Shown here piece by piece: positions 1-12,940 of a stretch of DNA of 64,000 nt. The notes beneath the pieces were generated by a model, which was given only the letters and a program-made list of their open reading frames with translations, made no database searches and was not told the DNA's origin. The stretch lies in the NCBI GenBank assembly GCA_030265395.1, contig JARFYF010000112.1:28943196-29007195 (forward strand), given 5' to 3'. Position 1 is the stretch's first letter. The number at the start of each line of letters is the position of its first letter. Source of the stretch: Rhina ancylostomus (lineage: Eukaryota). The translations under genes and the position numbers were made by a program.

Positions 1-527
1 CCATATCTAAGAAAGGATGTGCTGGCATTGGAGAGGGTCCAGAGGAGGTTTACAAGAATGATCCCAGATATGAAAGGGTTAATGTACTAGGACTGTTTGA
101 TGGCTCTGGGTCTGTACTCACTGGAGTCCAGAAGGATGAGAGGGGATCTCATTGAAACCTACCAAATATTGAAAGGTCTGGATAGAGTTGACGTGGAGAG
201 GATCTTTCCAGTAGTGAGTCTAAGACCAAAGGGGTCAGCCTCAGAATAGGGGGATATCCCTTTAGAACAGAGATGAGGAGAAATTTTTTTAGCTAGACGG
301 TGGTGAACCTGTGGAATTCATTGCCACAAACAGCTGTGGAGGCCAGGTCACTGGGTATATTTAAAGCGGAGGTTGATAGGTTTTTGGTTAGCAAGGGCAT
401 CCAAGGTGACAGGGAGAAGGCAGAAAAATGGGCTTGAGAGGGAAAAATAAATCAGCCATGATCGAATGGCAGAGCAGACTCAAAGGGCAAAATGGCTTAA
501 TTCTGTTCCTATGTCTTATGGTCTTAC
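1..527 (+). mobile_element. CR1-clade LINE (HER1-like) 3' end
   Basis: Starts with PYLRKDVLALERVQRRFTRM (CR1 ORF2 C-terminus), then a VVNLWNSLP-type motif and a TCTTATGGTCTTA tail. Confidence 0.9.
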
Positions 528-539
528 AAAAACACAGAG

Positions 540-1005
540 GTTACATTCAATCTTAATAAAATAATGATAAGACCACAACTGAAGTATTGCATCCAGTTCT
601 GGTCACTATGCTTTAGGAAGGATGCAAAAGTTCTTGGGAGGGTATAAAAGAAAATAGCTAGAATAACTAGAACGGTTCCACGACAAGGGACATAGTAGCA
701 AAGTGACTAAGGGTAGGTTTATAGAGATGTACAAGATCATAGCAGTAAACATTGAGATTCTGTTCTCATTGAGGGAACAAAAATGTAAAGTGATGGACCA
801 AAACAAGGAGGCCGTTACCCATAAGGATGATAGTAACGGACCAACTGGGTCCTTCAAAGGGGAACTGGATAGGCAGTCAAGATAAAAGAACTTGTATGGT
901 TCTGGGGAAAGAGTGGGGGAAATGGGACTGACTGCTGCTCTACTAGGGGCCAGTATGGACTTGATGGGCCCATTCACCCCCCTCTGTGCCATGATAACTT
1001 TATGA
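540..1005 (+). mobile_element. Older degenerate CR1 LINE 3' fragment
   Basis: AGACCACAACTGAAGTATTGCATCCAGTTCTGGTCAC (RPQLKYCIQFWS) and a decayed 3' UTR (GGACTTGATGGGCC). Confidence 0.75.
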
Positions 1006-1044
1006 CTGGGAGAAACTATTCAGCAGGCAAACTTGAACCCTAAA

Positions 1045-1190
1045 CACAAACAGAAATGCTGGAAGAACTCAGCCAGTCAAGCAGCATTTGCGGAAAGAGA
1101 AACCAGTCAACAACTCAGGTCAATGATCCTTCCTCAGAACGAGGGAAAAAGTGGAGAGTTTACAGTTTTCAAAGCAGAGATGGGGGGAGA
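1045..1190 (-). repeat. Penelope-associated short terminal unit
   Basis: GCTGGAAGAACTCAGCCAGTCAAGCAGCAT motif shared with >10 copies in the window; minus strand has CTGAGGA-aggatcattgacct, a hammerhead-like core. Confidence 0.65.
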
Positions 1191-1239
1191 GCTGAGGTGT
1201 AAGACAATATGACTATATATAAATAGGTTAAGATAGATC

Positions 1240-1482
1240 TAACCCTCCACGGTTATCCTGAAATCTCCAGGAACTGAAGAGTAATCTCTCATACAATGTA
1301 ATACAAAAGAAAAATTATAAAGGCATCAAAAATTGTGCTTACAAATATTATTTAAACATTTTTACTTATTTTTATTATAAACATATTGGAGATGGAGGAA
1401 GTGAGGAATACTGAACTGTATTTATTGGGAGGAGGGAATGTTATGGTGACAACTTCAGGAATATATCTGAGTTGGCAACCCC
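1240..1482. mobile_element. Possible old hAT-like MITE remnant
   Basis: Ends in GTTGGCAACCC and starts AACCCTCCA (decayed GGGTTGCCAAC-type TIR pair) around an AT-rich core. Confidence 0.3.
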
Positions 1483-1714
1483 ATAAGAAGGGGCAAATTA
1501 ACCAAGAGGAATACCTGAATCAGTTGGTAAGTCTCCTATGAGTCTTTTCAAATGTTTTATATACCAAAATGCCTTTGACTGTGCAAATATGAATGGCAAG
1601 AAAGTCTGAGCAATATTGCTGGCTCGGAGAGCCAAGCTTATGCCTTCATTACATTAGAGCACTGTTGCCATTAGTATATCTGAATGCTATAGCACAGAGC
1701 CTCAGTCTTTACCT

Positions 1715-2600
1715 ACACTTATCCATATCCCTCTAAATCTTTCCTGTTTATAAACCTGTTCAAATGACTTTTAAACATTGTAATTGTATCTGCCTCTACC
1801 ACTTCTACTGGCAGCTTGTTCTATATACCCACCACCCTCTGTGTGAAAAACTTGCCCCTCATGTGCACTACAAATCTTTCCCCTTTCACCTTAAACCTAT
1901 GCCCTCTAGTTTTAGACTCCCCTACCCTGGGAAAAAGACTGCAACCATCCACCTTATCTATGTCCCTCATAAATTTATAAACCTCTATAAGGTCACCCCT
2001 CAGCCTCCTTCTCTCCAGGAAAAACAGTTTCAGCGTATATAGTCTCGCCTTATAACTCAAACCCTCCAGTTCCAGCAACATCCTTGTGAATCTTTTCTGC
2101 ACCCTCTGTAGTGTAATGACCCTCTTCCTATAACATGGCAACTGGAATTGCACTCAAAACTCCAAGTGCAGTCTCACCAACATCTTGTATAGGTGTAACG
2201 TGACATCCCAACTCTTGTACTCAATGCCCTGACCAATGAAGGCAAGTGTATCATATGTCTTCTTCACCACCCTGTCTATCTGTGTTGCCACATTTAAGGA
2301 ACTACGTACTCCTAAGTCTCTCTGTTCTACAATACTCCCCGGGGCCTTGCCATTCCCTGTGTCTCTCCTGCTCTGCTTTAACTTGCCAAATTGCATCACT
2401 TTGCACTTGCCCGAATTCAATTCCAGCTGTGATTCCTTTGCCCACTTGCCTAGTTGATCTAGATCCTGTTGTAACCTTAGACAACCTTCTTCACTGTCCA
2501 CTACTCTATCAATTTTGGTGTCATCTGCAAACTTACTGAACATGCCACCTACATTCTCATCCAAATTGTTAATAAATATGACAAACAAGTGTGCACAAAT
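1715..2600 (-). mobile_element. CR1 LINE ORF2 (RT and C-terminus), 5'-truncated
   Basis: ORFs 2154..2603 (LFVIFINNLD...SKFADDTKI) and 1821..2153 (LQRVQKRFTRML...RLRGDLIEVYK). Confidence 0.95.
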
Positions 2601-3241
2601 CAAGCAGAACCTGAGTGGAATGCTGGTTTTGAGATAAAATTATCCTGTTCCCAATGGCTGAACTTAATTTAATACATTTCAGCCAAGTTCTTAATGGGCA
2701 GCAGAAAACAGTATACCATTCCACACCAATGCACAATAAATTGGCAATCTGATTTAAGGCTGCCAGTGTGGGTGATGCAAATGTCCTGTTGATGTAAATG
2801 GGATGAGTGTTTTCTGAGATTGGGTTATGGCAATTGTTGACATAGACCAGATGGAGCTTTACTTTGCATTTAATTCACAGTATAAACTACTTGCTTTTGA
2901 CACTGGCCTCAAAAGCCAGAATATGTTATTTCCCAGCACTCAAATCTTGATAAACATAAAATTAAGGTAAAAGAAACAGAATGGACTTAATGGAAATAAT
3001 TATTTACTTGGAGAAAGGTTTAACATGTCTGGCTGCAATTAGCTTTCTGGTTTTATATTGTAGAAACATTAACTGATCAGATTGTGATCAATTCAGAGGA
3101 AAAGACTGGAGTATCTTTTGTAGGTGATAGTATTCAGTACCATGTGTGATTTGTGTCTGCACGTTCCACTTCACCAATGCCAACAGCGTTGTCTGGTTGT
3201 GCTTATGTATCCGGCCACTGAGGTCACCATTTAATGACGGA

Positions 3242-3324
3242 TCATGCTGGGGGATCACAGCTTGTCTCTGTCACCATTGGTGGCAGCTCTTGTTCTGCTT
3301 CACTGCTACGGGGATTTAATCCTT
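3242..3324 (-). CDS. Weak candidate terminal coding exon (GLNPRSSEAEQELPPMVTETSCDPPA*), product unknown
   Basis: Non-repeat sequence; if the 100-N gap closes on the shared CCTT, the minus strand reads TGTGCAACCTTTTAAG|GATTAAAT (acceptor) followed by an open frame to TGA. Confidence 0.2.
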
Positions 3325-4139
3325 NNNNNNNNNNNNNNNNNNNNNNNNNNNNNNNNNNNNNNNNNNNNNNNNNNNNNNNNNNNNNNNNNNNNNNNNNNNN
3401 NNNNNNNNNNNNNNNNNNNNNNNNCCTTAAAAGGTTGCACAGCACAATCAGAGACCAAACCAATAACCTACAACAGCTATTGCTGCATACACATTATTTC
3501 TCTGTAAATTTTCAGTAATGGCATCAGTGGCACTTTCTGCCTGGGATATACTCACTGAGGGATAAAACTTAAATAGGCTAACAGTATTTTCATACTTTTA
3601 ATTACTTAAACTTCATACTTAATACTTTTCATACTTAAGCTTCTAATTATTTTGGGTTTTTTTGAAGATGTAGATAGAGAGTATTTTCATTTATTGACCA
3701 AAAAAGCACTAACTGCTGAAAGAAAATTGTCACTGGTTGCTGAGTGACACCTGACCAATTATGGGTCGATTATGCTGTGTAGAGAAAGGAACAAAAAGGA
3801 GTTTCAGTGCTTTAATCGACTCTGTGCCCAAAAACAACACACGCTTTGATTCTTCACATTTACCAACCATAAGAAATAGAATAGTCTTGTAATCTACCTG
3901 ACGTAAGATACAAGATATTCATAATGAGAGAAGGTCCTTCAATCCATTACAGATTCTGCATAAACCTACCCAGTTTCCCAAGGGAATGACAGAACAAAAC
4001 CCCAATCAAAGAATGCAGTTGAGCAGAACTATCAATCCTATAAAATTCTCCATTCTATGGTCTCAGGAGCATTGTAGTTACATTTAATTGTTCAAACATT
4101 TCCCTTATCACCATATACTTCATTCTTAGAGATATTCAT

Positions 4140-6095
4140 AGAATGATAGTAAATTCAAACACAGGAGGAGGCCATTTGGATAATCCTATCTGTGCCAGTC
4201 AAAAAAAGTGCTATATGATCTAATTCCACCTTCCAGCACTTGGTTCGTAGCTCTGCAGGGCATGGCCCTTCAAGTACTTTTTAACTGTGAAGGTTTCTGC
4301 CTCAACGACCTTTCAGACAGCGAGTTCCAGAATGACCCCCACCCACCCCCTCCTCCCTTGACCCACCACCCTCTGGGTGAAAGTATTTTCCCCCACTTTC
4401 CCTCTAATCCTTCAATCAATTATTTAAATTTATGTAACTTTTTTATGCTGAAGGACCCCTCATAATTTTATCCCTTAGTTAAATCTTCCATCAGCCTCCT
4501 CTGTTCCAAGGAAATCACCGTAGCTTATCCTATCCCATTCTCATGCCTACAATTTTCCAGTCTGGAAACATCGCCATGAGTCTCCTTGGAACCGCTCCTG
4601 TCCAATCACAGCTTTCCAAAATGTAGTGACCAGAACTCTATGCAGGAATCAAGCTGTAGTATATCTAGTGTTCCACACAGTTCCAGCATAAACTCACATG
4701 TGTCTGCTAATAAAGGAAACTTTTCTATATTCTTTTAACCATCTTGGTGAACCATCCTGCTACTTTCTAGGGCCTGTGGACATAAACCTCTTCCTTCGTC
4801 CAAACCACTCAATATCCTCTCATTTTCTGTATATTCAGTTGTCTGGATGAACCTCCCCAATGCATTACTTCACATTTCTCTGTTTAAATTCCATCTGTCA
4901 CTGTTCTGTCCAAATGACCAGACCATCTTTATCTTCCGACAGTCTAAAGCTCTTCTTGTCACTGTCAAGCATGCTGCCAGCATTTGTATCGACTGCAAAT
5001 TTCTTGATTATGTCCCTGACACATCACTACCATACATTATAAAAAGCAGCAGCCTGAATAACAAACATGGTGGAACCCCAGTGGTAACAGCCTTCCAGAT
5101 AAGAAAATGCCCATCAACTCTCTCGTGGATCCCATGGGTTTTTGCTTTGTTGACCAAAATGCCAAGCTGGACTTTGTCAAAAGTGTTGCTAAACTCCATG
5201 AGACTATATAAACTACTTTCCTCATTTACGTTCCTTGTAATCTCCTCAGAAAAATTCCATTATTAGACAAAACCTTCCCCTAACAAATCTATGCCAATTG
5301 TCCTTAATTAATCTGTGCCTTTCTAAATGAAATTTTACAAAGTTCCTTACGATTTAATTCAAATGATTTGCCCACCGCCAAAGTCAAACTAACTGGCCTG
5401 CAGGTACTCTCTTCCTCCCTCTGAAATAATGGTGCAACATGGTGCAATGGTGCATCCAGCAGCCAGGGACGATTGAAAAATTCTACTTGGAGGCTCCACA
5501 ATTTCCTCTCTCACTGCTTTTAAACGCACGGTATATATTTCAACTAGATATGGCAATAGATCCAACACGCTAAACTCATTACTACCTAACCCTTTAGTAT
5601 ATTTTACCCATCCAATATTTTGCACTAATCCTCTTTAATTACACCATCATTATCTCCCTCTCTTATGAAGACAGCCACAAAATAACCATTAAATATCTTA
5701 GGCACATCCACCAACTTCACACATAGGTGACTCTTTTTTTGACCCTTATACGCCCTATTATTTCCTTTTTTATGCTCTTGATCTATACATAGTTATAAAA
5801 CATCTCTGGATTTTACTTGCCGCTATTTTTTTTGTACCGAACACAGGAATTTCATACTAGCTTGGTGGGCACCGTGGTCAGCATGGATTTGTTGGGCCAA
5901 AGGGCCTGTATCTGTGCTGTATTGCTCTATGACTCTATACCTTGTCTTTGCTTCCCTAGTTTCCTTTTTAATTTCAGTCCTATACTCTTCTAGGCTTTCT
6001 GCTGCATCAAGCTCTCTATGTCTCACATGAGCTTCCTCCTTTTGTCTTACCTTATACCAGCTATTCAACTTGTCATCCAGGGGCTCTGGATTCAG
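4140..6095 (-). mobile_element. Degenerate CR1 LINE, with a short plus-strand CR1/SINE tail inserted at about 5860-5935
   Basis: Minus-strand remnants FSNTFDKVQ, VTTGVP, CRPVSLTLAVGKSFE; 3' UTR GGAGGCCATT at about 4167. Confidence 0.85.
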
Positions 6096-6524
6096 TGATA
6101 ATTTTCTATGAAGATTATTTTGACATATCTTTGTAATTCATGAAATCCAATGCTCTCTCAGACAAAGTTCCTCCTAATTTTTAATTTCACTTGAGGACTT
6201 TTAACACTGCAATTGTCTTCTCTAGTTCCAAGGCTACAATTCAAGTTAAACAAGCTGTTTGTACCCATTCTATTCAAGCCTCTAATTATTTCAAAGACTG
6301 GAAACAGTGCTACTTGGAAAAAATTGCTATAGCAAAAAGACAGCCTGAGTGGTTAAGTAGGAATCAATAATGAGCAACTTGTAAGTTTCTCTGTTGCCTG
6401 CAGGTGTGTAAAACATGTCCTGACAAGAAGGTTCTGTAGAAATCAATTAGGTCAGGAGTTTATGTTCAGCAGGCTAGCACACAGCACTCTGGAGCTGAAA
6501 ATGTAAAAGCCTCTGACTAGATCT

Positions 6525-6822
6525 CTGTCTTAAATGTCCTTAATGTATCTGCCCCCAGAATCTCTGCCGGCAGTCTCTTAAATGTCCCTAATGTATCTGC
6601 CCCCAGAACCTCTACTGGCAGTGTGTTCCACAACACCCACCACTCTCTGTGTAAAAAAAAACTTACCTCTGACATCCCCCAATCACCTTAAAATCATGCC
6701 CCCTCGTGTTAGCCATTTTTGCCCTGGGAAAATGTCTCTGACTGTCCACTTGATCTATGCCTCATCATCTTGTACACCTCTATTATGCACCCTTTAATCC
6801 TCCTTCTCTCCAAAGAGAATGC
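6525..6822 (-). mobile_element. CR1 LINE 3' fragment with an internal 48-bp tandem duplication
   Basis: CACCCACCACTCTCTGTGTAAAAAA motif as in the other CR1 copies; 6528-6575 is repeated at 6576-6622. Confidence 0.85.
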
Positions 6823-6864
6823 AACACTTTTTTAATCCAAGTATACTTAGGATAATTCTGAAAA

Positions 6865-7240
6865 TCAGTATATATTAAAACTCTAATAATTCACTGTCCT
6901 ATTATTCAGAAATCCAATGGTTCGGCTTCTGGCTCACTGGACAGTGTTGTCAAGCTCCCTTTGAACTCACAGGGGCCCCATTCCCAACACTCCCTTTTAA
7001 CTCACCAGAGCCCCATTTTCCATGCTCCCTTGTAACACTCTGGGGCCCCACTTCTCACCCTCTCTAAACTTTCTGGGTTCACTGGCAAATTTATTGTCCT
7101 ACTATCTCATTTCTAAAACAATAGGTGAATTAAATGTGTACTGGGGTGTTAATCGGAATATCATACAATAGTCTGGAAAAACTGCTCATCTGGCACCACC
7201 AAAGATTTGGGCATGCCACATTAACAGCGCTTTACTCTCT
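6865..7240. mobile_element. Possible Tigger/pogo-like MITE enclosing a minisatellite
   Basis: Decayed CAGTA..AAAACTC / GCTTTACT ends; about 35-bp unit CTCCCTTT(G/T)AACTCAC..GGGCCCCA repeated about 3.5 times at 6955-7075. Confidence 0.4.
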
Positions 7241-7299
7241 AACAGTAAGGTAGTTCACCCTCAGCTGTGAAAGTGTCACCAGCAGGTTTGTAGACTCTG

Positions 7300-7415
7300 A
7301 TCCTGTTTCAGAGACTTGCACAGAAATCTAGCCTAACACTAGTGCAGCACTGAGGGAATGGTGCTGTGTTGGAGATGCTGTGCTGTCCCTCGTTACAGAT
7401 CCCATGGCCACTAGA
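7300..7415 (+). mobile_element. DeuSINE (SacSINE1/AmnSINE-like) fragment
   Basis: GACTTGCACAGAAATCTAGCCTAACAC..AGTGCAGCACTGAGGGAATG and AGATCCCATGGC motifs. Confidence 0.6.
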
Positions 7416-8454
7416 ATGAATGAGGTGGCAGATTAAAACATACTGATGCAATTAAATAGGGCTTCAGAACGACTGACTGGGGATGAATTACTGGGCAACC
7501 CTGCAATCCTAAAATAGTGTATGCTTACATGAAAGATATGAATCATTGAACTCTTAAGTTACTTACACACTACAGGAGTCTGGAACAGCTGCTGAAGGAA
7601 CCAAGGACGTATAACGTCCAAACCATTTCATTGTTATTACTATGTTATCATTATCCAACCGAGGTAATTGTTCTAGATGATGGTATAGATGTTGTGCACT
7701 GGTGTACTATCATTGCATTTCCTCCCCTTCATACCAGAGTGTTCTTGGCTTCCATCTTAAATTATTCTCTTTATCACAGTGTATCCCACACCCACCCTTG
7801 CATTTGTAACAGTCCATTTCTCCTTCTATCACAGCATTCCGTCCCTCTCCCATTACGACGTACCTCCTGCTATACCAGAGGACACCCTTCCTTCCTGCAT
7901 TCATTATAATCCCTTACATTGTAGATCAATATTTCCATGCCTCTCCCCCAGCTTTCTGTATCCTGGCCTGCTCTATTTACCATATTTCCTATGTTACAAT
8001 GTTTCCTTTGTATCAAAGCAATTCCTTTTCATCTTGCATCATAGTATCTCTACAGAAGAGGTAAACATTATACCACTTTCATTCACAACATAGTCATTTT
8101 TTTCTCTTTACTGAGGAAGTTCACATTATCCAGAAAAAAGGATATTTGACAGTCATGAATGTCTGTTGAAAGCAGGGTGAAATAATTATGCTTTTAAAAT
8201 AATCTGCAGAATTTAGCAAATTCTCACTTTAAAAGATATACTTCTAAAGGACATGAATGATTTAGGGATCACTTCATTCCCAATGCAGAAGTCTTGTTAT
8301 TATATTAAAATGTATATTTCAAAATTCTCAGTTCAAATTTGACCATTCCACTTAACATTACTCAGCCTTGTCAAATATTTCCTTGAAGTTTTCTTGAAAA
8401 ATTCAAGACCGCATTATTATACTTGTGCAGTTAATGCAAGATTGCTCATCACTT

Positions 8455-8590
8455 TCATGATTCAACTTTCCTGATAAAACTAAATGAATCCTTTATGCTC
8501 TGAAGTTCTTTGGCAGTTTTTTTGATGAATGAGATGTGTTCTCTTCTAGGATGAATGCTCTGAACTCCTGCCAGTAACAATGAACTGTCT
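8455..8590 (-). CDS. Weak candidate terminal coding exon (DSSLLLAGVQSIHPRREHISFIKKTAKELQSIKDSFSFIRKVES*), product unknown
   Basis: Minus-strand acceptor TTTCTATCTTTCTCATAATAG|A, 44 open codons to TGA, non-repeat context. Confidence 0.2.
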
Positions 8591-9664
8591 CTATTATGAG
8601 AAAGATAGAAATTGGTTAGATGCATAACAATATTGTGCTTATTACATTGGTTGAACCTAACGGGACCAGGTGCCATCAGTTCCCTGGTTTTTCAAAGGTC
8701 TGCAGTTCAGTTTCTGAAATGTGACACAGTCAAAGTCCCTGTGGTCCAGTTTTATATGTTTTCAGTTGCTCCAAAAACTTAATTGTGGCCAGAAGGCTAA
8801 ATCCAAAATGTAAAAGCTCATCTCTAACTGGTTCATTTCTCCAGGGTGGAAATGTTTGCTAACTCCCAAGTGACTCAAAGTCCATGTTGTGTGCGTGATA
8901 GTGTCCAATTAGTTCCCATATTTCAGAATTTATACAAGTGAAAGAAAAGAGTGTTTGTGGAGAGAGAAGACATTCAAAATGTTGGTAATTTTTAGATGTT
9001 GGATGTTTTTTAAAAGGCCCTCAAAAGTATGGATGCATGGACCAGATTTCCCCTACAATAGTTAATGATTTTAAACAGTTAGTAAAGCTACATATCTGGG
9101 TACAAAATAGACTGAAACTTAAGCAAAATACAAGCATGATCAATTAGTCTATGGAAGACAACAAATCTTATTGACTGTGGTTCAGTCAAGTGCTGGAAGA
9201 CAACTCGTCAAGGATGAATACTTTGAGCAATTGTTGATGTTATAACTTAAAATGTTCACTTTATTAAACTTGGCAGTAAGTGACTTTAATTTTCTTGGAT
9301 GTTTTACCTGGAATTGGCCAGTGAGTGGGACACTGTGGGTTGGGTTGTGTCACCAACAGGCCAAGCTAGATTCTGTCCATGGATACAACAATTCACGCTA
9401 ACAGCTTTATCCAATCCATTTCTTCTTCTGATACTTTTTAAGAATGATTAATTTTCAGGTCCAAGCCATAGCTTAACTTGTACCAGCTTGTGTATACCAA
9501 ATCTAATCTCATTCTACCTCATTCTTACCCACTTTTTTCCTGCAAGACAGTATCATTTACAGACTAAGTGGTACAATATGGCACTTGAACACATTAAAAT
9601 GTCTCAACATCTATGTTTATAAGACTCAAAATTTTAAGCACTATTTTTGTTTTTAAAACATGGG

Positions 9665-9830
9665 AAACTCTTGCAAAGCTACATTTATTGCCCATCCCCA
9701 ATTCTTCCAAGAAGGAGGTGGTTCTTATTTTCTTGTTGAACTAAGCAGTCCTGGTGATGATGCAGTTCCCTTGATGGTGTTAGGAAGGCAGTTCCAGGAT
9801 ATTCACTGAACAACAATGATAATTGTCTAT
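9665..9830 (-). mobile_element. 3' fragment of a second, older LINE family (CR1/L2-like)
   Basis: TTTATTGCCCATCCC...GAAGGAGGTGG...GTTCCAGGAT, similar to 34770-35010. Confidence 0.55.
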
Positions 9831-10899
9831 TTCTGCTTCATTAATTTTGGCAATAGACTAGAAATTCATTCTAACTTGCATGCACGAAATGTGCAATATA
9901 GTAACCAATGTGCATCACACTCAACTTCCAAAGTTTGGTTCAATTGACTCCAATTGAACCAATGTTTGAAAACCAAACACACTGTGAACACATCATTTTA
10001 TCAAGTGCATGGTGGAAATATCAAAAGGATGTCTAGCATAACTTGAAAGAAATATCTAAGGCATGATATAATGTGCAAGATACAGCTGGATTTCACCAAA
10101 ATGTAAAGAAGGAATAATTGTCAACTTCACACTTTAATGCAAGGGATAATTTCTTAACAGTAACTGGTCTCTGTACGTTGTTCTTGGCCTAATATTCAAG
10201 GGGAAAAGAAGTAGAGGCCAGTGTTGCACCTTGATGTAGGTCTCATGGGTGAACCTTTCCAGGCAGCAATATGTCACAGAATCCTTTATCTGGCTGACAG
10301 AGTTGTATTATACCTAAAGTTAAACCTGGCCATATATCAGAACATTCCTTAATCATTAACCAATTACGTGCTGAAGTGCATTAAATATCAAATGATCCTT
10401 GAAGCTAAAAATACTATGATGCTTGAAGTACTTCGACATCTGAAAATATTCAAATATTGATACAAATTGGGATTTCCTTAGCTTCTGAAAGGATAGTTAC
10501 ATTTTTTTGAGTGTGCCGTGGAGTTTCTCGTGTATGGTCTTTGAATGGATTGAATAAGGGGATTAATTTCACGAGGTTGGCAGGGAGCCTTACTTGCTGA
10601 AATTTCCCATTTATCCTGGTGTACACCACCCATAATTTTATAAACTAGGTCTCCAGTCTCTATATTTGCATCAAGTGTAGAGAGTGGTAGGGGTGGTGTA
10701 ATTGAGGCACCTTCCCCTTTCTGTGCTAAGAACCAGTGAAATACCAGCAAAACTGCAGAAACCTGGAGCTTTTAAACAGGCCAATTATGAAAAAGTGATT
10801 TCAATGAAAAAAAGTCACAAGACTCACCCAAAGTAACATCAGGCTTCTCAAGCAGCTAATGAGGCAAGCTACATGCTTAGGAGTTTGATAATCCAGCTG

Positions 10900-12000
10900 A
10901 GAAGTATTCAGTTATTGATAAAATGTCATACCAGTGAAGGCAGCTTTACTGATGGGGACCCCTGTGAGTGCCGGGAATCACAAAAACAGATCGATGCAAG
11001 TGCATTGTGGGCAGGAAAGAACAGAACTCTTATATGCAAAGAAAGTTCAGAAGGTGGCAGTACATGACTGACAGCATCAACCCTGCCCTTGGGACTCAAG
11101 GGATCCAAAAGACCTATGACTTAAAGCAAACACCATACAAGAATATGCACTGTGGGTCATGGATAAGCAAAATAGGTGGAATTATAAAGGATGTATGCAA
11201 AAACCCAGAAGAAAATATTAACCAGACTTTAGCAAGTAAGGGATTGGAAGGTATAAAATCAAAATCAAGTAATTACAATATGCACAGCAAATAGGAACTT
11301 CCATGAGCCAAACCAATTGTTAATTGATCTTCACTGCTGCCATATTTTAAGGCTAAATCACCACACAACCAATGGTGTATCCACAAACTTTAACAAATTC
11401 ATGCCATGTGAAGAAATTATAGTTGAATGTTGGGAAGGGCTGGTTTAGAGGGTGTTGTAACTGTGCAAATTGGAGAATGGGTGGGGTTAGAGCTCTCATC
11501 CATGCATTTATCATATAATCTGTGATTTGTATGGATAAATGTGTTTGTAGGCTCACAAAGTCGAAATTTCACTCAGCTGCATGTGGAAGGTGCACATTAT
11601 ATAATATTCTATGCATGTTGTACTCTGCTTCCAAAATATGGTTCCACTGACCCTCTCCTATGCTACTATATTTAGTGAATGTCATATAAATTTCTAGCCT
11701 AATATTTTCAGTGTTGAAAAACCCACCCATAAGACATTATGCTTCTTTACGTGAGTCATTTCATTGCTTGATGCCAGCACATATATGCCTACTCAGGAAG
11801 AGTGAGCAGTAATCATGATAAAGGGTGAGGTGGGTGGTGATCTGGCAATAATGGTGTTTGATGGGGATCCAGGCAGTACAAAAAGAACCCTAGCCTTTTT
11901 GCACTGTACAGGTATCAGGTCTGGTGCAGCAGTTGATTCACACAGAGGAGCAATCTGCCTCTGTAGAAGACCCATAGAAGATATCATGAATAATATAGGG
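10900..12000. mobile_element. Very degenerate PIF/Harbinger fossil (Myb/SANT-like on plus, transposase-like on minus)
   Basis: Plus RRWQYMTDSINPALG..IQKTYDLK resembles the Myb_DNA-bind_5 pattern W..IA..IN...KK..DL; minus THLSIQITDYMINAW and GYTIG resemble HSINVQ and EQTIG. Confidence 0.3.
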
Positions 12001-12489
12001 AGTTCAGATCATTTGTCACGGAATTTAAGAGGTCTTGACATTACCAAGGAGGATCCCATGAACATGGGTTATGGCAACAGTAGAAGCATTTCTGAAAGCA
12101 GATGCCAGTTAAAGAAAGACTTGAAAGATTGTATCTTTTCTTATCAGAACTACATGAACAATGATCAATAAAGTAAAAGTTCTTAAAATAATGAAATAAG
12201 CAGATTGACTTCAAATTTTAGAATCCACCACAACGTAGTATGTTTAGCATGTTTGGCCAGGGATGAGTAAATGTTCCTTCATTGTAATTAGACAAACATC
12301 CTGGAATTTACTAACAAACACAATTTTAGAAGCATCATAACCACAAAGGACACAACAACTCGAGAAGACATCCCATTATCACTGTTTCAGGACAAACAAG
12401 GATGAGCCATAGATGAAATTTTGCTAGAATGAACAATATCTTGAGCACATTCGTTAAGTAAAAAGGCAATGTAACAACTCATGGAATAT

Positions 12490-12620
12490 CGTATATCTTG
12501 TAATTTAGGAAATGTGGCAGCCAAGTTTTGCACTGCTAAGGTCCCACATGAAATAACCCTGTTCGTTATGTGGCTGGAAGATAAACATTGTGCAATAATG
12601 ACAGCACAAAACACAGTTGA
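12490..12620 (-). mobile_element. DeuSINE fragment
   Basis: TTGTAATTTAGGAAATGTGGCAGCCAAGTTTTGCACTGCTAAGGTCCCACA is the reverse complement of the core seen at 26220-26270. Confidence 0.7.
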
Positions 12621-12729
12621 TACATTAATTATTAAATAGAAAAGCAATGTTTAGGGGTGGAAGGGCAAAACAATTGTGGTGATAAATAGCATCTTTTGGT
12701 GACAATTCCTTATCAACCATAGTAAATTA

Positions 12730-12940
12730 AATAAAAACAAAAAAAACTGGAAAGACTCAGACGGTCAGACAGCATGGCTGAACAGAATATCAGAGTTAAA
12801 ATTTCATGTTGATGACCACTCTTCATAACTATGATCCATCCTTCAACACAGCAATCTGCAACTGAAATGCTGCTGAACTTGGTTTTTCTGATTTCTAGTT
12901 CAGCATTTCAAGCATCCACAGTATTTAGCTTTTGCTACAG
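12730..12940. repeat. Penelope-associated unit, both arms, decayed
   Basis: CTGGAAAGACTCAGACGGTCAGACAGCAT ... TTTCAAGCATCCACAGTATTT. Confidence 0.55.

Noticed and set aside
2750-2950. Possible LF-SINE-like 3' fragment
   Set aside because: Similarity too weak to call by eye
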